IMG/VR virus record: IMGVR_UViG_3300035670_000154 | Location: 1 to 64,000 of that record | DNA: 64,000 bases | Direction: 5' to 3' (one strand) | Origin: a virus | In this document: positions 8,169 to 17,464 of the stretch, in pieces | How the letters are laid out: each line of letters opens with the position of its first letter | Numbering within the stretch: position 1 is the first letter of the stretch | The notes under the pieces: generated by a model | What the model saw: only the letters and a program-made list of their open reading frames with translations | Told to the model about the DNA's origin: nothing | The model's database searches: none | Position numbers and translations under genes: made by a program

Positions 8169-8984
8169 ATGGTAGAGTTTTTAAAAGAAGGTGATAAATT
8201 TTTATGTACAAATGGGCATGGTTCTGTTTTTGGTGAAATTTTTATGCTAGAAGACGGTTTGTATTATTATTCTGATAATCACAATATAGGTGGATGTTAT
8301 ACATGGCATACACTAAAATGTATTCAAGAAAAACTATTAGAGTTAAATTCTTTTAAAAAACAAAAATATGGTTTTAATGACCATATGGAACCAAAACAGC
8401 ATGTAAAACCAATCAAAATTAAAGAGACACAAGATTTGGTGGTAAATTTTTTAGATGCAGAAAATGGTGATATAGTATGCAAAAATGATAATGGTAGTAT
8501 CATTGGCGTTATTTTAAAATCTCCACTTTCTGGATATTATGTTTATCTCATTTTAAATGAAAATATAAATATTGAAACACAAAAAATTATTGAAGATAAA
8601 ACAAATAAATTAAATGAAGAAAATAAGGATGAGATATCAAAAAACATTTCAAATGAATTAGAAAAAATGCAAAATGAAATAGAAAAAAATGAAGGAAGAA
8701 AAGATGACAAAGGGAAGGCTATGTTTTCTCTAATACCAGCACTTGCTGAGGCAGAGGTTGCAAAAGTATTAACTTTTGGAGCGGCTAAGTACGGTAGAGA
8801 CAACTGGCGTTTTTTAGAAGATTTAGAAATACGAACAATGGACGCAGCTTTAAGGCATATAAGTGAAACAAGACTAGGAAGAAAAACAGATAATGAAAGC
8901 GGATTACATCCAATAGCTCATGCTATTTGTGAGTTATTGTTTTTTTTAGAACATGAGCTTGACAAAAACAAAAAACAAGATTAA
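8169..8984 (+). CDS. dATP/dGTP diphosphohydrolase (DUF5664) domain protein with N-terminal extension
   Basis: C-terminal GRKDDKGKAMFSLIP...VAKVLTFGAAKYGRDNW...AALRH...DNESGLHPIAHA. Confidence 0.85.
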   Translation: MVEFLKEGDKFLCTNGHGSVFGEIFMLEDGLYYYSDNHNIGGCYTWHTLKCIQEKLLELNSFKKQKYGFNDHMEPKQHVKPIKIKETQDLVVNFLDAENGDIVCKNDNGSIIGVILKSPLSGYYVYLILNENINIETQKIIEDKTNKLNEENKDEISKNISNELEKMQNEIEKNEGRKDDKGKAMFSLIPALAEAEVAKVLTFGAAKYGRDNWRFLEDLEIRTMDAALRHISETRLGRKTDNESGLHPIAHAICELLFFLEHELDKNKKQD

Positions 8985-8987
8985 TAT
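8959..8987 (+). promoter_or_regulatory. sigma70-like promoter
   Basis: TTGACA-N17-TAATAT. Confidence 0.55.
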
Positions 8988-9068
8988 TTCTTGACTAATT
9001 AGTATTGTAAATAAAAACCGAAATGATATTTTCTTTTTCCCTTTCAAAAGTATTAAAGTAGGTTTTTT

Positions 9069-9097
9069 TACCCACCAAAAACGGTGGGTATTTTTTT
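9069..9097 (+). terminator. Rho-independent terminator
   Basis: TACCCACC-aaaaac-GGTGGGTA followed by T7. Confidence 0.85.
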
Positions 9098-9131
9098 ATG
9101 CACAAAAAATGTTTCTTTTTTACTACGAATT

Positions 9132-9488
9132 ATGAAAATAAATCCAAAAAAATGTGTTGAAGATTTAATGCAAGATGCTCTAATTTTTGAGTCATGCAAT
9201 AAGCTAATTTTTATTGCTGAAAATAATGGCATTGATATTGTTTATGAAAAATACATTCCTGACCACGCTATTTATCTGTATGAGGATAGAACAATAACAA
9301 TAAAAACATCTTTAAATAAAAATGAACGTGATTTTGCAATTGCTTATTGCTTGGGAAGAATTTTGTTTTGTGATGATGTTTATGAATTTTGTTTTGACGG
9401 AAATAAAAATTATGATAAAATAGACTCTGGTAAAAACGCTCATGGTTTTGGCGTTGAGTTTGCTAACGAGTTTCTAAAGGTGGGGTGA
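9132..9488 (+). CDS. ImmA/IrrE-like metallopeptidase-fold protein, HEXXH lost
   Basis: IAENNGIDIVY...RTITIKTSLNKNERDFAIAYCLGRILF...ANEF pattern; canonical AHELGH replaced by AYCLGR. Confidence 0.55.
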   Translation: MKINPKKCVEDLMQDALIFESCNKLIFIAENNGIDIVYEKYIPDHAIYLYEDRTITIKTSLNKNERDFAIAYCLGRILFCDDVYEFCFDGNKNYDKIDSGKNAHGFGVEFANEFLKVG

Positions 9489-9492
9489 TTAA

Positions 9493-10167
9493 ATGAATTG
9501 TGGTTTTAGAGAAGGACTTTATTTAGATACATTTATGTGTATCAATTCATTTGATATTTTAACAGAGCCTGTGTTAGATAGAAGAATGCTAAACCAATTT
9601 TTTAAAAAATATGAAATTGAAGAACATTGTATAATGGATTTCTTTTGTTATGAAATTTTACCTAAAAGTAAAGATTATTCAAAAGAAAAAATAATTATTT
9701 CTCAAGAGCTTGCTAATAAGTTTTGTGATTATTATATGGGGATTAAAATGAAAAACTGTTGTAATTGCTGTAAATGTTGCTGCCAAAATAAGTGCTGTAA
9801 TAAAAAAGATGATAATGCTATAAAAATAGATGTAGAAAAAGAGATTGAAAGTTTTGTTGCTGGTATGCGTGGTGTGTATGGAGCTGGGTTTCTGGTTGAT
9901 GGAGTTAATGGAGAAGAAAAAAGGGTGGTAATTAATTATTGTAAAAACAAAATAAAAAACATACCAACCATTGAGATATATGAAAATAGATTTAATGAAG
10001 AATTATACTTAGACATGGTTCTTGTTGATTATATTGAAGACTGCTTAACATCAAAGCATAGAGACTTTTCTCTTGATGAAAAGATTGAAGCTATAGAGCA
10101 TTTAAATAAGTTTATTAACATTAGAGCCACAGAGTGGTTAAGTGATATAAAAAATGCAATTAGATAA
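9493..10167 (+). CDS. hypothetical protein with internal Cys cluster
   Basis: 224-aa ORF; CCNCCKCCCQNKCC. Confidence 0.6.
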   Translation: MNCGFREGLYLDTFMCINSFDILTEPVLDRRMLNQFFKKYEIEEHCIMDFFCYEILPKSKDYSKEKIIISQELANKFCDYYMGIKMKNCCNCCKCCCQNKCCNKKDDNAIKIDVEKEIESFVAGMRGVYGAGFLVDGVNGEEKRVVINYCKNKIKNIPTIEIYENRFNEELYLDMVLVDYIEDCLTSKHRDFSLDEKIEAIEHLNKFINIRATEWLSDIKNAIR

Positions 10168-10324
10168 AGATGATCTATATTTTCTTATAGGAATCATCAA
10201 TAAACTTACTGATAGGATAGAGCGAAAAAATGCGATTTTAGCTCTATCTGGTCATGGTAAAATAAAAATTGATGATATATCTAAAGAGTTGAAATGTTTT
10301 TTTGAAAACAAAATGGAGAAATAA
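10154..10324 (+). CDS. hypothetical 56-aa protein (not in ORF track)
   Basis: Open frame fills gap before thyA. Confidence 0.45.
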   Translation: MQLDKDDLYFLIGIINKLTDRIERKNAILALSGHGKIKIDDISKELKCFFENKMEK

Positions 10325-10326
10325 AC

Positions 10327-11130
10327 ATGAGTTTGTTTGAAAATGATTATTTACAATGTTTGAGAGACATTCTTGATTATGGAACTAAAAAAGATGATAG
10401 AACTGGAACAGGGACATTATCTTTATTTTCACAACAGATTTATGTTAATTTAAAAAATGGTTTTCCATTAATCACAACAAAGAAAATTCATATACCATCT
10501 GTTGTGCATGAGCTTATTTGGTTTTTAAGTGGAAATACAAACATAAAATATCTACATGAAAATAACGTTAAAATCTGGAATGAATGGGCAGATGAAAATG
10601 GTGATCTAGGTAGAGTTTATGGTGCTCAATGGAGAAGCTGGAAAGGCGCGAATGGAGAAACTTATGATCAGATAAGAGATGTTATTCAACAGATAAAAAT
10701 AAATCCAAATTCAAGGCGTTTAATCGTTTCTGCATGGAATGTTGCTGAGTTAAATCAAATGGCTTTACCTCCTTGCCACGCTTTTTTTCAATTTTATGTT
10801 GCAGATGGTAAATTATCTTGTCAATTGTATCAAAGAAGCGCTGATATGTTTTTGGGTGTTCCGTTTAATATCGCATCTTATTCTTTGCTAACGCACATGG
10901 TTGCAAAAGAGTGTGATCTTGATGTGGGGCAATTTGTATGGACTGGTGGAGATTGTCATATTTATAACAATCATATTGATCAGGTTAAAGAGCAGCTATC
11001 AAGAAAGCCAAAAAAACTTCCTGTGCTTTTTTTAAACGATGTAAATAGCATTTTTAATTACACATTTAATGATATTTGTTTTGCTGGATATGATCATCAT
11101 CCAGCAATAAAAGCACCAGTTGCTATTTAA
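10327..11130 (+). CDS. thyA: thymidylate synthase
   Basis: [41 protein letters not shown]. Confidence 0.98.
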   Translation: MSLFENDYLQCLRDILDYGTKKDDRTGTGTLSLFSQQIYVNLKNGFPLITTKKIHIPSVVHELIWFLSGNTNIKYLHENNVKIWNEWADENGDLGRVYGAQWRSWKGANGETYDQIRDVIQQIKINPNSRRLIVSAWNVAELNQMALPPCHAFFQFYVADGKLSCQLYQRSADMFLGVPFNIASYSLLTHMVAKECDLDVGQFVWTGGDCHIYNNHIDQVKEQLSRKPKKLPVLFLNDVNSIFNYTFNDICFAGYDHHPAIKAPVAI

Positions 11131-11138
11131 GGATTAAG

Positions 11139-11288
11139 ATGAATAAAGAAGAACAAGAAATACTTAAAAAATTATATGAAGATATGAATAAACATCTTGA
11201 TGATATGGTAAAATTTAATAAAGAGCTTAGAGCTATTGTTGATCAAATAAACAGCAAAAAAAGTTTAACAAAAGATTTTAAAAAATGA
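11139..11288 (+). CDS. hypothetical 49-aa protein (not in ORF track)
   Basis: AAGGA RBS; ATGA overlap with next gene. Confidence 0.5.
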   Translation: MNKEEQEILKKLYEDMNKHLDDMVKFNKELRAIVDQINSKKSLTKDFKK

Positions 11289-12250
11289 ATAAAAGAAATT
11301 TAGGGCAATATTTTACAAAAGAAAATGTTTTTGATAATCCTGCATTCAAAGAATGGTCAGAAGAGTGTGATTTATACAATCAAACTGTATTAGAGCCTTT
11401 TGCAGGCAGTAATAATTTGATTGATATGTTGGGATTAGCCAAGTTCAGATCGTTCGATATTGAGCCTAAAAATGAGCGTGTAGAAAAAAGAGATACGATT
11501 GCAGATTTTCCAAAAGGATATAGTGTTTGTATTACGAATCCGCCATATCTTGCCAAAAACTCTGCAAATCGACGCGGTCTTGCATATCCAAAAACATATT
11601 ATGATGATTTGTATAAACATGCGTTAAGCTTATGCTTAACTAATTGTGAGTATGTAGCAGCTATTATTCCTATGTCTTTTTTGCATTGCGATGAAATGAA
11701 GGAAAGGCTTTATTCCTACGTAATGCTAAACAAAAAAGTTTTTGATGATACTGATCATCCAGTGTGTTTAGCCTTGTTTACACCTAAAATAAAATTTAGT
11801 GTATCTGATATAAAACTTTTTGACAACAATGAATTTATTGGAACTTTAAAAAATGTTAAAAAAACAGGAGCCAATATTATACGTTCTGAAAGACTAACAG
11901 TCAATACGATTAAATTTAATGCTAAAAATGGAAAACTTGGTTTAATTGCTATTGATAACACAAAAGAAGAATCAATTAGATTTTTTTTTGCCAATGAATT
12001 TGATAAAACATTGATAAAAAGCTCTTCCAGAAATATAACAAAAATAGATATTGGAATTGATGTCACCAAAGAGCTAATAGATTTGCTTAATGATAATTTA
12101 AAAAGATACAGAGAAATTACACACGATGTTTTTTTAAGCCCATTTAAAGGACTTCGTAAAGATGGAAAAACAAGAAGGAGAATAAGGTTTAGTGATGTAA
12201 AGGAGTTGTTTTTTGAAGTTGATAATAAATACGATTTATCATATAAATGA
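11285..12250 (+). CDS. N6-adenine DNA methyltransferase (gamma-class-like)
   Basis: LGQYFT (motif X), LEPFAGS (motif I), FDIEP, CITNPPY (motif IV). Confidence 0.8.
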   Translation: MNKRNLGQYFTKENVFDNPAFKEWSEECDLYNQTVLEPFAGSNNLIDMLGLAKFRSFDIEPKNERVEKRDTIADFPKGYSVCITNPPYLAKNSANRRGLAYPKTYYDDLYKHALSLCLTNCEYVAAIIPMSFLHCDEMKERLYSYVMLNKKVFDDTDHPVCLALFTPKIKFSVSDIKLFDNNEFIGTLKNVKKTGANIIRSERLTVNTIKFNAKNGKLGLIAIDNTKEESIRFFFANEFDKTLIKSSSRNITKIDIGIDVTKELIDLLNDNLKRYREITHDVFLSPFKGLRKDGKTRRRIRFSDVKELFFEVDNKYDLSYK

Positions 12251-12655
12251 TATAATACATCCAAGACCTTTTGTGTTTTTAGCAAAATCCCAGCGATCTC
12301 CTGGTTTTTGTGTTTTTTTTACTAGCTCCCAAGGGTCTTTTTTTGCTGATTCATCAACTATGTTTTTAATTATTTCTATTTGTTTGTCATTTAGCGCATC
12401 AGTTGAAATTTGATATACATTATCTGTCGGAATTGGATGATCTTTGTAAAGGCTAAATAGCTTGTACAAGCCAATTTCAACTGGACCATAATTCCACGCG
12501 TGCATTGGTGTATCAAACAAAAGCTCACCATATTTTTTAAAATACGCATCTTGAACAAAATACAATAGCTTTTGCAGTTTTAGATGATTTACCTCTATCT
12601 GTTTGTTATTGCAAAGTTCAATTATCTTATTTGCTACTACAAGTGCTGAAATCAT
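12239..12655 (-). CDS. Panacea (DUF4065) domain antitoxin-like protein
   Basis: NHLKLQKLLYFVQ...LFDTPMHAWNYGPV...LY...WELVKKTQKPGDRW. Confidence 0.88.
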   Translation of the reverse strand: MISALVVANKIIELCNNKQIEVNHLKLQKLLYFVQDAYFKKYGELLFDTPMHAWNYGPVEIGLYKLFSLYKDHPIPTDNVYQISTDALNDKQIEIIKNIVDESAKKDPWELVKKTQKPGDRWDFAKNTKGLGCIISFI

Positions 12656-12669
12656 AAAAAATACCAATT

Positions 12670-12826
12670 AAAAACACAGCTCTAAAATACCAAAACTCGC
12701 TGTGAATAGTTTTTTGTGCAAAGGAGAATGCTAATTTGTGCCGATTACGCCAAGTTCGCGCTTTTATATTGCTGCTATTGGAATAACTAAAACAATAGCA
12801 ACAATAAAACAAACACCACATCGGCA
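12670..12826 (-). ncRNA. putative structured RNA / attenuator leader upstream of Panacea gene
   Basis: Long rod hairpin 12739-12826 (G.U pairs favour minus strand), then CACAGC/GCTGTG hairpin plus U5; TGCTATAAT extended -10 just upstream. Confidence 0.45.
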
Positions 12827-12865
12827 TAGTGTTTATATTGTTAAAAATAATATTATAGCATATTT

Positions 12866-13882
12866 TTATTCCCAAGACAGCCCTGTGCCCGTTTGATACT
12901 CAATCACCCTAGTTTCAAAGAAATTGCGTTCTTTTTTTAGATCGATCATTTCACTCATCCACGGAAACGGATTTTCTTCTTTAGCGAAAATCGCATCCAA
13001 ACCAATTTGTTGTGCTCGTCGATTGGCGATGTAGCGAAGATATTGTTTAAACATCGGTGCGTTAAGCCCTAACACCCCACGAGGCATGGTGTCTTCAGCA
13101 TAACGATATTCCAATTCGACGGCTTTTAAAAATAACTGAGTGATTTCTTGGCGGAAAGGTTCTGTCCACAAATGTGGGTTTTCGATTTTGAGTTGGTTGA
13201 TCAAATCAATGCCAAAATTACAGTGCATACTTTCATCCCTTAGGATATACATATATTGTTCTGCTGCACCAACCATCTTGTTTTGGCGACCCATTGCAAG
13301 TATTTGTGTAAACCCAACGTAGAAAAACAAACCTTCCATCAAACAGGCAAAAACAATCATGCTTTTTAATAGCTGTTGATCTGATTCTAATGTTCCTGTT
13401 TTAAAGTTAGGGTCTGTTAGCACATCAATAAAAGGCATCAAAAAATCATCTTTATCTTTAATTGATTTTATTTCTTTGTAAGCATTAAAAATCTCACCCT
13501 CATCAAGACCAAGTGATTCTGCTATGTATTGATAAGCGTGCGTATGAATCCCTTCCTCGAACGCCTGTCGCAACAAAAATTGGCGGCATTCTGGCGCTGT
13601 GATGTGTCGATAAGTTCCCAACACAATATTATTGGCAGCCAATGAGTCTGCTGTTACAAAAAAACCGAGATTTCTTTTGATAATACGGCGCTCATCTTCT
13701 GTTAAACCATCCTTACTTTTCCATAACTCAATATCTCGCTGCATATTAATTTCTTGTGGCATCCAATGGTTAGCACACGAAGCTAAATATTTATCCCATG
13801 CCCATTTATATTTAAAAGGCACAAGTTGATTTACGTCTGTTTTTCCGTTAATAATTCTTTTGTGTTCTGCTTTTACTCTCAT
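12866..13882 (-). CDS. nrdB: ribonucleotide reductase class Ia beta subunit
   Basis: [16 protein letters not shown] (radical Tyr), [23 protein letters not shown]. Confidence 0.97.
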   Translation of the reverse strand: MRVKAEHKRIINGKTDVNQLVPFKYKWAWDKYLASCANHWMPQEINMQRDIELWKSKDGLTEDERRIIKRNLGFFVTADSLAANNIVLGTYRHITAPECRQFLLRQAFEEGIHTHAYQYIAESLGLDEGEIFNAYKEIKSIKDKDDFLMPFIDVLTDPNFKTGTLESDQQLLKSMIVFACLMEGLFFYVGFTQILAMGRQNKMVGAAEQYMYILRDESMHCNFGIDLINQLKIENPHLWTEPFRQEITQLFLKAVELEYRYAEDTMPRGVLGLNAPMFKQYLRYIANRRAQQIGLDAIFAKEENPFPWMSEMIDLKKERNFFETRVIEYQTGTGLSWE

Positions 13883-14067
13883 TTATTACCTCCAACAATA
13901 CCGCTAAAAATATCAAGAGTTTTTTCAATTTCTTGAGTATAACCATCTTCAAAAACAAGCCCTAAAAACTGCCTTGTATAACCTGTTTTCTTCTCAATTT
14001 TTTTAATCATTATCTCTCTATCGACAGGATTCATTTTTCTTAATTCTTCTTTTGATGGGTATTTCAT
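13879..14067 (-). CDS. hypothetical protein
   Basis: 62-aa ORF between nrdA and nrdB with RBS. Confidence 0.55.
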   Translation of the reverse strand: MKYPSKEELRKMNPVDREIMIKKIEKKTGYTRQFLGLVFEDGYTQEIEKTLDIFSGIVGGNK

Positions 14068-14081
14068 TTTTCTTCCTTACT

Positions 14082-14110
14082 AAAACAATGGGGGCAATTA
14101 TACCCCCATT
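14082..14110 (-). terminator. hairpin/terminator after nrdA
   Basis: AATGGGGG-N8-CCCCCATT followed by GTTTT on minus strand. Confidence 0.65.
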
Positions 14111-14115
14111 AAATA

Positions 14116-16734
14116 CTATTGGCAAGCCTCACAGTCATCTTTGTTTTCTAAACTACAAACTTTCACTTGATTTAAAACGCCTGTGCTTATAGTAGACTTT
14201 TCTGCCGATGTTGCACCAAGACTTCTAAAATAGTATGTTGTTTTTAACCCTCTCATCCATGCTAGTTCATACATTGCAGACATCTTTTTTCCTGAATCGC
14301 CAGTCATGTAAATATTTAACGATTGCGCCTGATCAATCCATTTTTGTCTTCTTGCTGCACATTCTATTAGCCAAACAGGATCAATCTCAAAAGCTGTTTT
14401 ATAAAGTCTTTTTAAGTCATCTGGTATTCTATCTATATTTTGGATAGAGCCATCATTTTCCTTTATCTCCATAATCATTAAATCATCCAATATCCCTAAT
14501 TTCTCAAGGTCTTTAATTAGATATTCATTAATAATCGTAAACTCGCCTGACAGGTTTGATTTTACATATAGATTTTGATATGTTGGCTCTATACTAGCTG
14601 AAACACCAGTAATGTTAGATATTGTAGCTGTTGGTGCAATAGCAACACAGTTTGAGTTTCTCATGCCATGTTCTTTAATACTATCTATAACGTTAAACCA
14701 TCCAATAGTTTCTGATTTATCGCAATCAACCCAACCGCCACGCTGATCAGAAAGCATGTTTATTGTATCTTGTGGTAATATTCCTTTATTCCATAAGCTA
14801 CCGTCATACGTCTTATACGTGCCACGCTCTTTTGCCAAATTGCTTGATGCAAGATATGCAAAATAACAAACAGCTTCTGTTGATGTATCAGCAAACTCAA
14901 CTGCTTCCTGGCTATCATAAGGAATGCGCATTTCATACAAGCAGTCTTGAAACCCCATCATGCCCAAGCCAACTGGTCTGTGTCTCATGTTTGATTTTTT
15001 TGCCTTATCTACTGGATAGTAGTTAATGTCAATAACATTGTCTAACATTCTCATTGCTGTTGATATTGTTTTTTCTAACTTTGTCATATCCAAAACAACA
15101 TTGCCATACGAGTTTTTAGTTAGATGGTTTTTTAGATTAACAGACCCTAAATTACATACGGCAATCTCATCTTCACTGGTGTTTAGTGTAATCTCTGTGC
15201 ATAAGTTAGATGAATGAACAGTGCCAACATGTTGCTGTGGGCTACGAACATTACAAGCGTCTTTGAATGTAATCCAAGGGTGACCTGTCTCAAATAACAT
15301 TGTCATCATTTTTTGCCAAAGTTTTTTAGCACTTACAACCTTAAAGTTTTTTATCTCACCGTTTTTTGCTTTTTCTTCATATTTTTCATAAGCTGATTCA
15401 AATTTTTTACCATACAAATCATGCAAATCTGGACATTCATCTGGAGAAAAAAGAGTCCATTCTTTATCTTCCATCTGTCTCTTCATAAACAAATCAGGAA
15501 TCCAATTTGCTGTATTCATGTCATGGGTACGACGGCGATCATCTCCAGTGTTTTTACGCAAATCGAGAAATTCTTCAATATCTAAATGCCAAGTTTCCAA
15601 ATAAACACAAGCAGAACCTTTGCGAAGCCCCCCTTGATTTACCGCTATAACCATGTCATTAACAATTTTTAAAAAAGGAATTATGCCTTGGCTTTTTCCA
15701 TTTGTTCCTTTAATGCTTGATCCAATTGCTCTTACTTGGGTGTAATCAATACCTAATCCACCAGCATGTTTTGACAACATAGCATTATCACCAAGCGATT
15801 CAAAAATGCCTTTTAAACTATCATCAACTGTTGATAAATAACAAGATGATAATTGAGGATGTGTTGTTCCTGAGTTAAATAACGTAGGAGTAGAACTCAT
15901 AAAATCAAAGCTAGATAAAACTTTGTAAAACTCAATTGCTTTTTGGTTTTTGTCTTTTTCATTTAATGCCAAACCCATTGCTACACGCATAAACATATAT
16001 TCAGGCGTTTCAAACACATTTCCATTTCTATCTTTTAATAGATATCTATCGTAAATTGTTTGAATGCCAATATAATCAAAATTAATTTTTCCAAACGAAT
16101 GCCCGTGAGAAAAAATATCAAAAGTTAATAGTCTTGCATCCAACAAACCCTGAGAAACGCCATAGTTTAGATAATCATTAAAAGAACATATTTTTGTTTT
16201 TTCAACTATATCTCCATTTATTTTTAGCAACAACAATGCCGCACAAAAACGATTAAATGAAACATCTTTTTCAATAAAACACCTTGCTGACATTAATATC
16301 GCTTTTTTTATTTCATCATGCGATGCGCCAGTATATGTATTTTTATATACCTCTTTTAGCAAAATTGTTTTATTTATTTCTACATTGTATTTACGGCAAA
16401 CATCATCAATGTAGCTACTAACTGGAAAACCAAGTTCTTTTTCCTTTCTCTCAATATCTCTTTTTTCTCTATACAAAACATAAGCCTTTGCAGCAGCAAA
16501 TTCCTTTGCATTCATCAATTCGTTTTCAACGATATTGTGTATCTCATCAACAGATATCTTTTCTACTAATACTTTAGCATAGACGGTTTTGCTAATTTCT
16601 TTTGCTCTATCTATAGCATCTATAACATATACACCATGATCAGAATTTATTAATGCCTTGAATATTGCGTTTTGTATTTTATTAATATCAAAATCAACAA
16701 CATCACCATTTCTTTTAATAACCTTTGCAACCAT
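14116..16734 (-). CDS. nrdA: ribonucleotide reductase class I alpha subunit with N-terminal ATP-cone
   Basis: VIKRNG ATP-cone, STPTLFNSG, SSCY, SNLCTEI, APTATIS, TTYY, C-terminal CEACQ. Confidence 0.98.
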   Translation of the reverse strand: MVAKVIKRNGDVVDFDINKIQNAIFKALINSDHGVYVIDAIDRAKEISKTVYAKVLVEKISVDEIHNIVENELMNAKEFAAAKAYVLYREKRDIERKEKELGFPVSSYIDDVCRKYNVEINKTILLKEVYKNTYTGASHDEIKKAILMSARCFIEKDVSFNRFCAALLLLKINGDIVEKTKICSFNDYLNYGVSQGLLDARLLTFDIFSHGHSFGKINFDYIGIQTIYDRYLLKDRNGNVFETPEYMFMRVAMGLALNEKDKNQKAIEFYKVLSSFDFMSSTPTLFNSGTTHPQLSSCYLSTVDDSLKGIFESLGDNAMLSKHAGGLGIDYTQVRAIGSSIKGTNGKSQGIIPFLKIVNDMVIAVNQGGLRKGSACVYLETWHLDIEEFLDLRKNTGDDRRRTHDMNTANWIPDLFMKRQMEDKEWTLFSPDECPDLHDLYGKKFESAYEKYEEKAKNGEIKNFKVVSAKKLWQKMMTMLFETGHPWITFKDACNVRSPQQHVGTVHSSNLCTEITLNTSEDEIAVCNLGSVNLKNHLTKNSYGNVVLDMTKLEKTISTAMRMLDNVIDINYYPVDKAKKSNMRHRPVGLGMMGFQDCLYEMRIPYDSQEAVEFADTSTEAVCYFAYLASSNLAKERGTYKTYDGSLWNKGILPQDTINMLSDQRGGWVDCDKSETIGWFNVIDSIKEHGMRNSNCVAIAPTATISNITGVSASIEPTYQNLYVKSNLSGEFTIINEYLIKDLEKLGILDDLMIMEIKENDGSIQNIDRIPDDLKRLYKTAFEIDPVWLIECAARRQKWIDQAQSLNIYMTGDSGKKMSAMYELAWMRGLKTTYYFRSLGATSAEKSTISTGVLNQVKVCSLENKDDCEACQ

Positions 16735-16813
16735 AAAAACTCCTAAATATAAAGAAAAAACATTTTAACACAACATAAAAAACCATACAATGTATTATTT
16801 ATACAACAAAATA

Positions 16814-16842
16814 TTGACAAATAAAAAAACACATGCTATATA
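16814..16842 (+). promoter_or_regulatory. promoter of morphogenesis operon
   Basis: TTGACA-N17-TATATA with TG extension. Confidence 0.6.
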
Positions 16843-16852
16843 TACGCGCATT

Positions 16853-17464
16853 ATGACACAAAAAGAAATAAATCCAAAAATACTTCAATCAGACCCAAAA
16901 ATGTGTCTGGGTGTTATGGTGCCTGTTTTAAATGATCTTGTTGTTGAGGTTTTAAATAAAAAGCCAAAAAATATTTCCACAGACATTTTTTTTACAGAGT
17001 TTAGAACAAGATTTTTAAAAAAAATAAAAGATAAGATTGGCATTATACCACAAGTCTCTAAAATTGAGTTTGATGTTTTTGTTGGTTCTTGTTCTGATTT
17101 GCATTATTTTGATAGGCATAATGAGTATCAAGCGGTTGATATGACTCTTTATGACTACATACAATACATGTATGCACACATACAAAAAAACAATTTTGAT
17201 TATATAGAAGAAAAAGAAACTGAAAGTGAGTTTGGCTGTAAAAACGTATCTCACTACCAAAAACAAGCTATGTTGGCATCAAGTCAGTTTATAGGAACAA
17301 GCGATAAATATGCAATTGCAAACGCATTTTCATCAAAACAAAGTGTTGAAATAGCAGACAAAAAAGATGAAAAAAATGTTTTTGAGAAGCTGCATGATCA
17401 GATAAAAGAAAAAGGGCTTTCAACTGAAGATTTAAGAAAAATAGCAGAAGATGATGATGAATGA
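16853..17464 (+). CDS. putative terminase small subunit
   Basis: Immediately upstream of and overlapping terL; C-terminal LSTEDLRKIA helix; start uncertain. Confidence 0.5.
   Translation: MTQKEINPKILQSDPKMCLGVMVPVLNDLVVEVLNKKPKNISTDIFFTEFRTRFLKKIKDKIGIIPQVSKIEFDVFVGSCSDLHYFDRHNEYQAVDMTLYDYIQYMYAHIQKNNFDYIEEKETESEFGCKNVSHYQKQAMLASSQFIGTSDKYAIANAFSSKQSVEIADKKDEKNVFEKLHDQIKEKGLSTEDLRKIAEDDDE

Noticed and set aside
8169-8984. Z-base or deazaguanine DNA modification system
   Set aside because: No purZ, dpdA, queC/folE or DNA polymerase in the window.
12866-13882. Possible class Ic (Mn/Fe) RNR
   Set aside because: Radical Tyr (HTHAY) and Asp ligand (TADS) are present, as in class Ia.
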